The notes below the pieces were generated by a model. It did no database searches and was not told the origin of the DNA. It worked only from the letters and a program-made list of their open reading frames with translations. This document shows, piece by piece, positions 8,639-18,298 of a stretch of DNA of 64,000 bases. Position numbers and translations under genes: made by a program. Source of the stretch: Candidatus Omnitrophota bacterium (GTDB lineage: Bacteria; Omnitrophota; Gorgyraeia; Zapsychrales; Zapsychraceae); contig JBFWOS010000001.1 in NCBI GenBank assembly GCA_050250375.1, positions 407,090-471,089 on the forward strand, given 5' to 3'. The stretch's first letter is position 1. Every line of letters starts with the position of its first letter.

Positions 8639-9873
8639 AAATACTCGGTATATAATTCTTTGACCTTGGTAATCATTCTCTGACCTAAATTAATCTGACC
8701 TTTTCTATAATTATCATTTTCCTTTGAATCTTCAAAGCCTTTCTGGGCTAAACTAATCGCGGTTGAGAATAACGCCGAATTCGAGACATTTCTTTGGTTG
8801 ATATTATTTATTTGCGCCAGGGTCACCGCCAATTTGGTCTTTTCTTCAATCTTTTCAATCAGCCCTGTAAGTAACGCCCCTCCTCCGATCATTTTTACGC
8901 CCGCATATAAATCTTCATAAAACTCCGATCTCAATATGGACTGATAAATTTCTTCAACAAAATTATCAACCTGATTCAGAATTGCATTGTATATTTGGAT
9001 TCGTTTGATCGGCGTATATGCGCTTTCCCGTTTAACCAGTATTTCTTCATCCTCTTGAATTTGAGAAATAATCGCTGTCGCGTAGGACTTCTTGATTTCT
9101 TCCGCCAATTCAAACGATAAACTCAATGCCCGCGCTATCTCCTGCGTAAAATCATTCCCTCCCATTTCTAAGGTCTCAATATATTTAAGACGGCCTTCAT
9201 GGAACACAAGGACACTGGTGGTGTTGGCTCCCACATCAATCAAAACACATCCTTTATTGCGATGGTCATCCGTCAGTACAATCTCTGACGAGACATATGA
9301 TCCGAAGAAAAGATTCTTGACATCATACCCCGCGTGGTTAACCGACTTAAAAATATTCTTTACCCTGTCTACATTCGAAACAATAATCAAAGATTGGACC
9401 GCTAATTTTCGTCCGTAAAGACCCAGCGGATTTGTTGCGGAATTAACGTCATCGACTTGATAAATCTGGGGCATTTCATGCAAAACTTCATCCTCCATTT
9501 TTACCCCTAACAACCTGGCTTGCTTGTTCAACTTGCGTACATCTGTAGCCGCGATGACTTTATTGCCCCGATCCACCAGAGGAATAGCCGTAGACGTTTT
9601 GCGCACATCAATAAAACTGCCGTCTAACCCTATTTGAATTTCCTTCGTCCGTACTCCTGTCTTTTCTGCGAGTTCATTCAAGACGTGGTTGATACAATCG
9701 GCAAATTCGTTTAGGTCGCTGACAGATGAATCCTTAAAACCATAAATCGGGTGTTCAAACGCACCAAGAATTTCCGGTTTGGAATCTTTGATCTGGATCA
9801 AGCTGACTTTCAGCTTTTGGGACCCGATATCGAGTCCGCAGAATACTTTGTCTTTCATTACACGATTTAACAT
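8635..9873 (-). CDS. ftsA: Cell division protein FtsA
   Basis: GLDIGSQK, LIDVGANTTS, GGNDFT...AEEIKK, IGGGALLTG actin-like motifs; position in the dcw cluster. Confidence 0.95.
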   Translation of the reverse strand: MLNRVMKDKVFCGLDIGSQKLKVSLIQIKDSKPEILGAFEHPIYGFKDSSVSDLNEFADCINHVLNELAEKTGVRTKEIQIGLDGSFIDVRKTSTAIPLVDRGNKVIAATDVRKLNKQARLLGVKMEDEVLHEMPQIYQVDDVNSATNPLGLYGRKLAVQSLIIVSNVDRVKNIFKSVNHAGYDVKNLFFGSYVSSEIVLTDDHRNKGCVLIDVGANTTSVLVFHEGRLKYIETLEMGGNDFTQEIARALSLSFELAEEIKKSYATAIISQIQEDEEILVKRESAYTPIKRIQIYNAILNQVDNFVEEIYQSILRSEFYEDLYAGVKMIGGGALLTGLIEKIEEKTKLAVTLAQINNINQRNVSNSALFSTAISLAQKGFEDSKENDNYRKGQINLGQRMITKVKELYTEYF

Positions 9874-10637
9874 TATTTTTTCCCGATAATAGGTTCTTTA
9901 AACCTCAAATCAATATAATTGACTTCCTTTAAATTAAGGTTTCCCTGGGTTAGAACAATCCCAAGAACTTTGATTTTATAATTTATCCTTTGGTCATCAA
10001 TAATGGCTTTAATATCTCTGTCCAAATGAAGAAGAATTCTGGACAGCTGGTCAACATCCATATTCATTATTTTGTATGACGAAAGCGTAGTGTTCTCATT
10101 AAAAGATTTTATAATTTTTAACCCGGCCATAATCTCAACATTATTAACTTTCCCACCGGGGTTAATCGAATCAATCTTTATTTTAGGCCCGCCGATCGAA
10201 GGCAGCTCATTATCTTTGTTTTCAGACTCCGATAAAATGACACCTTCATCATCCAGCACTAAATATTTATTATTGTGTTCGAATTGTGCCAACCGTTTGC
10301 GTTTTTTAGCCAACAGATGAATCTGATTAGGAAATTTTTTCTCAACCCTCAATTCGGAAATCTGCGGATATTTCATTAAAAGGCCTTGTTCGACATCTTG
10401 TAAATCTATCTGGAAAATATTCTTCCCCTGGAGCCGAACCAAATCCCGTCGTTGAATAAACTGAAGAGTCGGGTCTATTACAATTGTCTGTACAGAAAAT
10501 CTCTCTGATTCATTAAAATAACTTGCGGTCCGGTCAAACAAAAACAAACATGCGGCCAGGGCGGCAATAATAATGACAACTATGACAGAGGACTTAATTA
10601 TCCACGATGGAAAAATTTTCTTTTTTCGTTTTGGCAT
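9873..10637 (-). CDS. ftsQ: Cell division protein FtsQ/DivIB
   Basis: Basic N-terminus, TM, POTRA-like GKNIFQID...KKFPNQI, C-terminal YIDLRF. Confidence 0.9.
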   Translation of the reverse strand: MPKRKKKIFPSWIIKSSVIVVIIIAALAACLFLFDRTASYFNESERFSVQTIVIDPTLQFIQRRDLVRLQGKNIFQIDLQDVEQGLLMKYPQISELRVEKKFPNQIHLLAKKRKRLAQFEHNNKYLVLDDEGVILSESENKDNELPSIGGPKIKIDSINPGGKVNNVEIMAGLKIIKSFNENTTLSSYKIMNMDVDQLSRILLHLDRDIKAIIDDQRINYKIKVLGIVLTQGNLNLKEVNYIDLRFKEPIIGKK

Positions 10638-11571
10638 AAGCTAATTCCGTTAGGATGATGCATAATTGATCAAAATTTATTCCGGCGCATAAAGCCGCCT
10701 TCGGCAGCAAGCTCGTTTGGGTAAACCCCGGTATTGTGTTAATTTCCAAAACATACGGCCTAAAATTGTTATCCAATATAAAGTCGATGCGTGATAGATC
10801 CCTGCATCCGGCAAGCATATGGACTTTTAGGGCGGTTTCCTGCATTAGATGTTTTAATTCAACCGGCAATTCCGCCGGAACATTATACCTCGTCTGACCA
10901 CTCTCATATTTCGCAGAAAAATCAAAGAACCCGCCTTCCGTCAAGATCTCCACAACATCCAAGGGCTTGTCATCAAGAATTCCGACTGTTAATTCACGAC
11001 CTTCAATAAATTCCTCCACCAAAATTTCTCTACCAAAAGACTTGGCGTATTCTATGGCTTTAAGTAATGCGTCGGCGCTTTTGACCACATTAACTCCAAT
11101 ACTCGACCCCTCACAAGAAGGCTTAACGACCAAAGGAAACGTATTCAGCGTTTCGCTAACTTTTAGCAGATTGATTTCCTCGTCCTGAAAAAAAACTACC
11201 GATCCGGGCACAGTGATCCTGTTGTCTCTAAGCATTTTTTGAGTGGAAACCTTATTAAACGCCAATCGGCTAGATTTTGAGTCTGAACCGGTATAGGGAA
11301 TCTTGATTTCCTCACAAATGGACTGGATCTGACCATCTTCCCCAATTTTTCCATGCAAGGCAATGAAAACCAGATTAATTTCTTTTTCAAGCAGCAAATT
11401 CTTGATTTTCGTAGAATCATCATCCCGGATATCCAGGGCCAAAACATCTAATCCCTGGGAACTCAACGAATCATGCACCGCTTTTCCTGACTTAAGAGAA
11501 ATCTCCCTCTCCGTCGAACACCCCCCCATCACAACCCCGATTCTGCCAAATTTTTTGATTCGTTTAATCAT
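10594..11571 (-). CDS. ddl: D-alanine-D-alanine ligase
   Basis: GGCSTEREISLKSG, LHGKIGEDG, VKPSCEGSSIG, LEINTIPG. Confidence 0.97.
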   Translation of the reverse strand: MIKRIKKFGRIGVVMGGCSTEREISLKSGKAVHDSLSSQGLDVLALDIRDDDSTKIKNLLLEKEINLVFIALHGKIGEDGQIQSICEEIKIPYTGSDSKSSRLAFNKVSTQKMLRDNRITVPGSVVFFQDEEINLLKVSETLNTFPLVVKPSCEGSSIGVNVVKSADALLKAIEYAKSFGREILVEEFIEGRELTVGILDDKPLDVVEILTEGGFFDFSAKYESGQTRYNVPAELPVELKHLMQETALKVHMLAGCRDLSRIDFILDNNFRPYVLEINTIPGFTQTSLLPKAALCAGINFDQLCIILTELAYAKTKKENFSIVDN

Positions 11572-12955
11572 GGACTCTTTGAAGAACGTTCATATTTTTA
11601 TTTTGGAGTTTCTTGACCAGGTCATAACCAATCTGGTTTACATCTCCCGCCCCCAACGTAATCACAAGATCCTCCGGTTGTATAATCTTTAATAGGTGAC
11701 CGAGTATCTTTTCTTTTTTAATATAAAGGACTGTTTTGTCACATATCTTTTTAATTTCCTGGACGAATTTACTGCTATTAACACCTTCAATCGGGGATTC
11801 GCTCGCCTCATAAACATCCGTGACAATGAGGTAATCAATGCCTTTCAAACTATCCATAAACTCCCGCCAGAGCCCCTTAAATCGAGTATACCGGTGAGGT
11901 TGAAAAACCGCAATCACACGGCCGGTCGACAACTCACTGGCCGTTTGCAATGTCGCCGAAATTTCCGTAGGATGATGGGCATAATCGTCAATGACATATC
12001 CGCCGTCAAATTCCCCTAGGGTTTGAAACCGCCTCTGGACACCATTAAAGAGCCCTAAACTCTCAACAACAGCTCCAAAGTCAATGCACAATTCTTCACC
12101 TAGACTAATACAGGCCAAGGCATTGGCAATATTATGCCTGCCGGGAATATTTAACGTGACCGTGCCCTTTAAAACACCATTAATAACGCAATCAAAAGTC
12201 GACCTAAAACCATCCATGCGTATGTTGGTCGCAAATACCTGATCATCGGAAGAAAAACCATATGTCTTATATTTTCTAGAACTCTGTCGGATTAAGTCAC
12301 ATAGTCGTTTATCATCACCATACGCGAGAATAATTCCATCAGGAGTTGTCTTTTCAAAAAACTTTTGATAAGTATCCGCAATATTCTTCCAATTTTGATA
12401 ATAATCAAGATGCTCAAGATCCATGTTTGTAATAATAGAGTACTGTGGTGAGAAATAAAGAAATGAGCCGTCACTTTCATCAACTTCAGAAACAAAATAC
12501 TTTCCTAGTCCTAAAGTTGCGCTTGAACTCTTTCCGTTGACGATACCCCCTATGGCGGATGTTGGATTAAGCCCTGCATGGTTCAGCATCTGCCCGATCA
12601 TCGAAGTGGTTGTTGTTTTCCCGTGCGCTCCGGCAACGGTAATCCCGACATGTTCACGCATTAATTGCGCCAGAACCTGAGCTCTCTGAAGAACAGGGGT
12701 CCCCCGGCGATGAGCGGCTGTCAATTCACAGTTTGATTCTTTAATGGCTGAAGAATAAACAACGACATCCGCATCCGCGATATTCTCTGAATTGTGTCCG
12801 ATAGTGACGGCGGCACCCTTCTTCAACAGATGATGAACCATTGAATTTTCTTTCACATCCGAACCGCTAACCTTATGCCCCTTGTCTAATAACAACGAGG
12901 CAATCGTTCCCATCCCGATACCGCCTATTCCGATTAAATGATAATGTTTATTCAT
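11564..12955 (-). CDS. murC: UDP-N-acetylmuramate-L-alanine ligase
   Basis: IGIGGIGM, GAHGKTTT, EVDESDGSF, DDYAHHPTE, FQPHRYTR. Confidence 0.97.
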   Translation of the reverse strand: MNKHYHLIGIGGIGMGTIASLLLDKGHKVSGSDVKENSMVHHLLKKGAAVTIGHNSENIADADVVVYSSAIKESNCELTAAHRRGTPVLQRAQVLAQLMREHVGITVAGAHGKTTTTSMIGQMLNHAGLNPTSAIGGIVNGKSSSATLGLGKYFVSEVDESDGSFLYFSPQYSIITNMDLEHLDYYQNWKNIADTYQKFFEKTTPDGIILAYGDDKRLCDLIRQSSRKYKTYGFSSDDQVFATNIRMDGFRSTFDCVINGVLKGTVTLNIPGRHNIANALACISLGEELCIDFGAVVESLGLFNGVQRRFQTLGEFDGGYVIDDYAHHPTEISATLQTASELSTGRVIAVFQPHRYTRFKGLWREFMDSLKGIDYLIVTDVYEASESPIEGVNSSKFVQEIKKICDKTVLYIKKEKILGHLLKIIQPEDLVITLGAGDVNQIGYDLVKKLQNKNMNVLQRVHD

Positions 12956-13733
12956 TGTTTAAGTATCTCTCCCATGAATCATTTAACTTGTTAATATCCT
13001 TAAATCTGACATAGACCGAATCCAACGCCCAATTAAACGGCGAACCTTCCTTTAATTTCCGGCAAAAACGGACAAATTTGGCCTTTCCGTGCTCATCAAT
13101 AAGATATTTGACCACACTCGCTGATTCCGCATAAAACAAACTTATAACCGCCTCATCCGTCACAGGTGTAAGGCCTATCATTGTCAACTCGTCCAGCGGC
13201 ATAAACCGGCCGTTATGCATAGCCTGGCGGACAACATCATGTGAACCAAAACGCTTGGCCCGTTCCGCATACATCGCCACTCCTTCCTCAAACCATAACG
13301 GAATATTTGTTTTATAGCCAACGAAATCTCTAAAAACAATATGCCCCAGTTCGTGGGGAAGGGTTGAATCAAAAAAACCATGGGCCGTCGGGAACGTTCT
13401 GATCTTTTTCTGAGTCGGGGACGCTGATCCATGGGACCAACCGGCCTGTTTACCTGCATATACATAATCCTCCGAACTGTCATAAATATAAATCTTAACC
13501 CTGTTCTCATAAGACCAATTTTGAGTCCGGCCGAACCCGAGATTTTTGCTGATGTTATTATAATAAGTTTCCGTGGCTTCCTCAACGGCATCAACAAAAT
13601 CTTTGGGGGCATTATTATAATAGACAACCACATGTTTCCCGCGCAATTCTTTCCATTCGGCCGCATACGAGTATGACCCCCATAATATGAACAAACCAAG
13701 GGTCAAAACAATAAATCTGGGATTTAATTTCAT
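12948..13733 (-). CDS. Exported peptidase MA-like (gluzincin) zinc metallopeptidase
   Basis: Signal peptide (SYA-A); HELGH...PLWFEEGVA; FYAESASVVKYL. Confidence 0.8.
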   Translation of the reverse strand: MKLNPRFIVLTLGLFILWGSYSYAAEWKELRGKHVVVYYNNAPKDFVDAVEEATETYYNNISKNLGFGRTQNWSYENRVKIYIYDSSEDYVYAGKQAGWSHGSASPTQKKIRTFPTAHGFFDSTLPHELGHIVFRDFVGYKTNIPLWFEEGVAMYAERAKRFGSHDVVRQAMHNGRFMPLDELTMIGLTPVTDEAVISLFYAESASVVKYLIDEHGKAKFVRFCRKLKEGSPFNWALDSVYVRFKDINKLNDSWERYLNNE

Positions 13734-14803
13734 ACCGCGCTTGCTATCTCCCCGGCTAAAGATTTTGCCGCCCCGTTAATATTTAATTCTGCTATTAAGC
13801 GATCAAACAAAACCTCCGCAGGCGGGTGTTCCAGCAGATAAGATATGTCCTCCATCAGTCTGGTTGGGGTTAAATCGGCATCTTGAACAATCCTGGCTGT
13901 ATTCGATTCTACCAATACATCCGCATTTTCTTTTTGATGTCCCTGCGCGTATGGGTACGGCACCAGTATGGCCGGTTTTTTAAACCAAGTTAATTCTCCG
14001 ATCGTGGAAGCCCCCGAACGGGATATGACAACATCCGCCAATTGGTATAATTTTTCCATAGGTTCAAAAAATTCAAATAATACATGCGGTAGATTTAGAC
14101 CGTCGTACATATCCTTTACTTCTTCTAATTTTCCTTTACCGCTGATATGCATCACTTGTATTTTAAACCTACCCTGCAGATGTCTTAAAAATTCACAGAA
14201 AATTTGATTGATTCTCTGGCTCCCCTGACTTCCTCCAAACACCAGGATAATTTTGTCTGTTTTATTGAAACCAAATTCTGCAAGAGACTGCAAACGGTCG
14301 AAACGCTTTGACGAACGTGATATCGGACATCCCGTATGAACCAGCCGCTTACTTGTTAAATATTTCTTTGTATGTTTAAAACTAACCGCTACTTTCTTAA
14401 CAAAAAAACTTAAGAGTTTATTGGCTCTTCCTGGAACGACATTTTGCTCATGAATAATCGATGGAATTCCTAAAACCACGGCTGCACTGACAACAGGAAA
14501 AGCTCCATACCCTCCAAATCCTGCGACGACCTGCGGATTGATCTTTCTTAATTCCGTAATTGCCTGTATTGAAACTAGAAAAAGTTTAACAGCCGATTTA
14601 AAATCTGCCCAGCGGCTTTTCCCTTGAAGCCCTGTTGCCCGCAACTCGACCAAAGAAAAACCTTCACTAGTGATCCGGGTCTTGCCGGCACCCATGGCTC
14701 CTAAAAACACAACCTCATGACCATCCGTCCTTAAGCATTTAGCGGCTTCAATCGCAGGAAATAAATGCCCCGCTGAACCTCCCGTTGCCAATACGATTTT
14801 CAT
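13730..14803 (-). CDS. murG: Lipid II GlcNAc transferase MurG
   Basis: GGSAGHLFPA, GFGGY, HEQNVVPGRAN, GGSQGS, HQKENA. Confidence 0.97.
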   Translation of the reverse strand: MKIVLATGGSAGHLFPAIEAAKCLRTDGHEVVFLGAMGAGKTRITSEGFSLVELRATGLQGKSRWADFKSAVKLFLVSIQAITELRKINPQVVAGFGGYGAFPVVSAAVVLGIPSIIHEQNVVPGRANKLLSFFVKKVAVSFKHTKKYLTSKRLVHTGCPISRSSKRFDRLQSLAEFGFNKTDKIILVFGGSQGSQRINQIFCEFLRHLQGRFKIQVMHISGKGKLEEVKDMYDGLNLPHVLFEFFEPMEKLYQLADVVISRSGASTIGELTWFKKPAILVPYPYAQGHQKENADVLVESNTARIVQDADLTPTRLMEDISYLLEHPPAEVLFDRLIAELNINGAAKSLAGEIASAV

Positions 14804-15897
14804 AGATCTTCAATACGTGATATATTCAACAACAGCCCGACAGCCACCATATTAAAAATCAAAGCAGACCCCCCGTAACTGATAAACGGCAACGGGAGTC
14901 CCTTTGTAGGAAACACCCCGATACTCACGCCGATATTGACTACCGCCTGAAGGCCAATGAGACAAACTAAACCTAAAGCCAAATAATACCCGAAAGGATT
15001 TTGGGTTCGTTTGGTGATCCGCGCACCTTGCCAAATAAAAACCGCAAATAACAAAACCGTAAAAACGGTTCCGATTAACCCCAATTCTTCCCCAATAATT
15101 GACAAGATAAAATCCGTATGGGCCGCCGGCAAATAAAACAACTTTTGCATACTTTTCCCGAGTCCGACGCCGAATATGCCGCCTGATCCCAGTGCAATCT
15201 GAGATTGGGAAAGCTGAAACCCTACACCCTGACTATCCTGCCAGGGGTCAAGAAACGCTACAATTCTGCGCATTCGATACGGTTCGCTGACAACCAGATA
15301 AACCAAAGCCGGTAAAGCCGCCAGCGCTAAGCCGGTTAAATATATTATTTTTGTCCCGGCAACGAATAACATAATGAAGATAATTGAAGCAATCAGGACT
15401 GAACTCCCTAAATCAGGCTGTTTAACAATAAGTAAACAGACACTCCCCATTATAATCAATAACGGCAGAAATCCCTCTACAAAATTGGTTATTTTTAACT
15501 GTTTCCTGGAAAGGAAATCAGCCGCATAGACCATAATCGCAATCTTGGTAAACTCTGAAGGTTGAAAACTGACCGGGCCAAGTTTAAACCAGCGCCTTGC
15601 TCCATAACTCGTTGACCCGATTCCAGGGATCAATACAATGACCAAAAGTATAAAGGCCGCTAACATTAAAAATTTGGAATATTTTTGCAGCAATCGGTAA
15701 TCAATAGCCATGGACATAAACATGACCAGACTGCCCAAAACCAGAAAAATTAAATGGCGCTTAAGGAAATACGTTCGATCTCCCAAGTTTTCTGCGGCAT
15801 AAACACCGCTGGATGAATAAATCATGATAATACCCAAACAGATCAGAACCGTTACAACAGCCGTAATCGATATTCGTAAATTTCGCATATTCTCCAA
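14800..15897 (-). CDS. ftsW: SEDS glycosyltransferase FtsW
   Basis: GARRW, FQPSEFTK, QPDLGS, LPAAHTDFI, LPFISYGGS. Confidence 0.97.
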   Translation of the reverse strand: MENMRNLRISITAVVTVLICLGIIMIYSSSGVYAAENLGDRTYFLKRHLIFLVLGSLVMFMSMAIDYRLLQKYSKFLMLAAFILLVIVLIPGIGSTSYGARRWFKLGPVSFQPSEFTKIAIMVYAADFLSRKQLKITNFVEGFLPLLIIMGSVCLLIVKQPDLGSSVLIASIIFIMLFVAGTKIIYLTGLALAALPALVYLVVSEPYRMRRIVAFLDPWQDSQGVGFQLSQSQIALGSGGIFGVGLGKSMQKLFYLPAAHTDFILSIIGEELGLIGTVFTVLLFAVFIWQGARITKRTQNPFGYYLALGLVCLIGLQAVVNIGVSIGVFPTKGLPLPFISYGGSALIFNMVAVGLLLNISRIEDL

Positions 15898-15909
15898 AAT
15901 TTAATAAAA

Positions 15910-17205
15910 TTATAAATTATTGACGATACTTTTATAGATCCGGCCGCGGTCTTCATAATCTTTAAACATGTCAAAACTTGCGCACATCGGGCTTAATAAA
16001 ACACAATCCCCGTGATCGGCTTGATTCTTGGCTGACCTTACGGCCTCCTCAAGTTTTTGACATTCCTCGATTTGAACAAATCCGCGAAATGAATTTTTTA
16101 TTTTTTCTTTAGCTTCACCAATCACAAACATTTTTTTAACTTTTTTCCGGACAATCTCCGCTAAAACCGTAAAATCAATATTCTTATCTTTTCCTCCGCA
16201 GATCATCATGACCGGTCTTTGCATCTGGCTCAAGGCCCAATTACCGGCTTCTGCGGTGGTTGATTTCGAATCATTGATGAAATCAACCCCGTCTAAAGTT
16301 CGGACCAATTCCATCCGGTGCTCGACTCCTTTGAAATTATGAATTACCTCATTAAAGCCTTCTTCGCTGACACCCAGAATATCAGCAACTTTACGTACAG
16401 CTAAAAAATTGGGATTAAGTCCGGCAACATTTTCGGCTTGATTAAACCAATGGATGGTCGAATCTATTTTTTTTGTCAGGTCACGAATCAGCGCGCTGCT
16501 ATGGTTCAGAACAGCATGGTCATCGGCCGTCTGGTTATAAAATATTTTCTGTTTGGCTTCAAAATATTCTGCAATATCTTTATGCCGGTCCAAATGATTC
16601 TGGCTGAAATTTAATAAGACAGCAATGAACGGCCTGAAGCCTTTTACCCGACCATCTTTCCTCAAAGAATTATCCTTATCAATCAGGGATTCCAATTGAA
16701 ATGAGCTGAGCTCCAGAACAAAAAAATCATATTCATTTCCATCAATACAATAATCTGAAAACGGAAAACCGACATTGCCGCATAGCCTAGACTTATACCC
16801 GGCCTGTGTAAGAACTTTATTGATGAGCGTCACTACGGTCGTTTTTCCATTGCTTCCGGTGACGGCTATAATGGGAGACTGACAAAACTGATAAGCAAAT
16901 TCGATTTCTCCGAATACCGGGATAGACATTTCTTTCGCCCACTGAACGGGAATCGAATCAAAACGAACCCCCGGACTCAAAACCAAAAAATCGCTCCCGC
17001 TTATAAACTCCCTGGTATGTATGTTGTTTTCCAATCTAATCCCGCGTTGATTAATCCAGTCCAAATCATCTTTGGACATCTGTTCAACAGCCTGTGAATC
17101 GGAAATCCTTAGCTGTCCGTTTAAACGCAAGACTAACCGGGCCAAAGCTAATCCGCTTCGTTTTGCCCCAATAATCGTGACTATTTTACCTTCTAAATTC
17201 AGCAT
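15910..17205 (-). CDS. murD: UDP-MurNAc-L-Ala-D-glutamate ligase
   Basis: TGSNGKTT, LELSSFQL, HRME, NDSKST, LSPMCASFD. Confidence 0.97.
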   Translation of the reverse strand: MLNLEGKIVTIIGAKRSGLALARLVLRLNGQLRISDSQAVEQMSKDDLDWINQRGIRLENNIHTREFISGSDFLVLSPGVRFDSIPVQWAKEMSIPVFGEIEFAYQFCQSPIIAVTGSNGKTTVVTLINKVLTQAGYKSRLCGNVGFPFSDYCIDGNEYDFFVLELSSFQLESLIDKDNSLRKDGRVKGFRPFIAVLLNFSQNHLDRHKDIAEYFEAKQKIFYNQTADDHAVLNHSSALIRDLTKKIDSTIHWFNQAENVAGLNPNFLAVRKVADILGVSEEGFNEVIHNFKGVEHRMELVRTLDGVDFINDSKSTTAEAGNWALSQMQRPVMMICGGKDKNIDFTVLAEIVRKKVKKMFVIGEAKEKIKNSFRGFVQIEECQKLEEAVRSAKNQADHGDCVLLSPMCASFDMFKDYEDRGRIYKSIVNNL

Positions 17206-17206
17206 T

Positions 17207-18295
17207 TTATCTGATTTTCAATGTTGTCAATGCCACTAATGCCAAGATAACTCCCAATATCCAGAGCCGAATTATAATCTTTGACTCTTCCCATCCGGAC
17301 ATTTGCAAGTGGTGATGAAAAGGTGCCATTTTGAATATTCTTTTTCCCAAAACCCGAAAAGAGAAAACCTGTAATATAACCGATAACGCTTCAATTACAA
17401 ATACGCCCCCGATGATGACAAGCAATAATTCTTTCTTAATGAGTACCGCCATAACCCCCAATGTCCCCCCCAATGACAGAGATCCCGTATCCCCCATAAA
17501 AACAGTGGCCGGATGACAATTAAACCACAAAAATCCCAAACTAGCTCCAACCATAGCGGAACAAAAAACCGTGAGCTCAGCGGCCTCGGCAACATATGGA
17601 ATAAATAAATATTGGCTGATCGTAAGATGCCCCGTGATATAACTTAAGATCGCTAACGTCATACTAACAACCAGAACACACCCGATGGCCAAGCCATCCA
17701 AACCATCGGTTAAATTGACCGCATTCGATGTCCCAATGACAATTAACGCGACGAACGGCACATATAAAATACCCAGGTCAATTATAGTATCCTTCAAGAA
17801 AGGCAAATCCAATTGTGTCGATGTCCCGGGGTTAAAAAAAACATATGATCCGATAAAGCACCCCAGTAGAATCTCCCAAATCAATTTAGTTCTTTTTGTC
17901 AATCCTCGATTCCGGCCTAATTTCTTTAATTTTCGATAATCGTCGACCCAGCCTAAAACAGCAAGATAAACACAGGTCAATAACGTCAACAAAACAAAAG
18001 GATTAGTCAAATTCCCCCATAACAACACCGAAACAACGATACTGCCGATAACAAATAATCCTCCCATCGTGGGCGTACCTTCTTTCTTGCCATGAAACTT
18101 ATCCAGATCCGGGCAATCATCCCTCTTTGCAATTTCACCGATTTTCATCATCCTGAGTTTACGGATAAAATACGGGCCGAATACCACACAAATCAAAAAC
18201 GTGGTAAATGCCGCCATACCGGTGCGAAAAGTAATATATTTGAAAATATTAAACCCGAAATGCAACTCGCGAAATTGGGATAAAAAGTAGAACAT
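17207..18295 (-). CDS. mraY: Phospho-MurNAc-pentapeptide transferase
   Basis: GTPTMGG, DDYRK, SNAVNLTDGLDGLA, FMGDTGS, PFHHH. Confidence 0.98.
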   Translation of the reverse strand: MFYFLSQFRELHFGFNIFKYITFRTGMAAFTTFLICVVFGPYFIRKLRMMKIGEIAKRDDCPDLDKFHGKKEGTPTMGGLFVIGSIVVSVLLWGNLTNPFVLLTLLTCVYLAVLGWVDDYRKLKKLGRNRGLTKRTKLIWEILLGCFIGSYVFFNPGTSTQLDLPFLKDTIIDLGILYVPFVALIVIGTSNAVNLTDGLDGLAIGCVLVVSMTLAILSYITGHLTISQYLFIPYVAEAAELTVFCSAMVGASLGFLWFNCHPATVFMGDTGSLSLGGTLGVMAVLIKKELLLVIIGGVFVIEALSVILQVFSFRVLGKRIFKMAPFHHHLQMSGWEESKIIIRLWILGVILALVALTTLKIR

Positions 18296-18298
18296 ATT

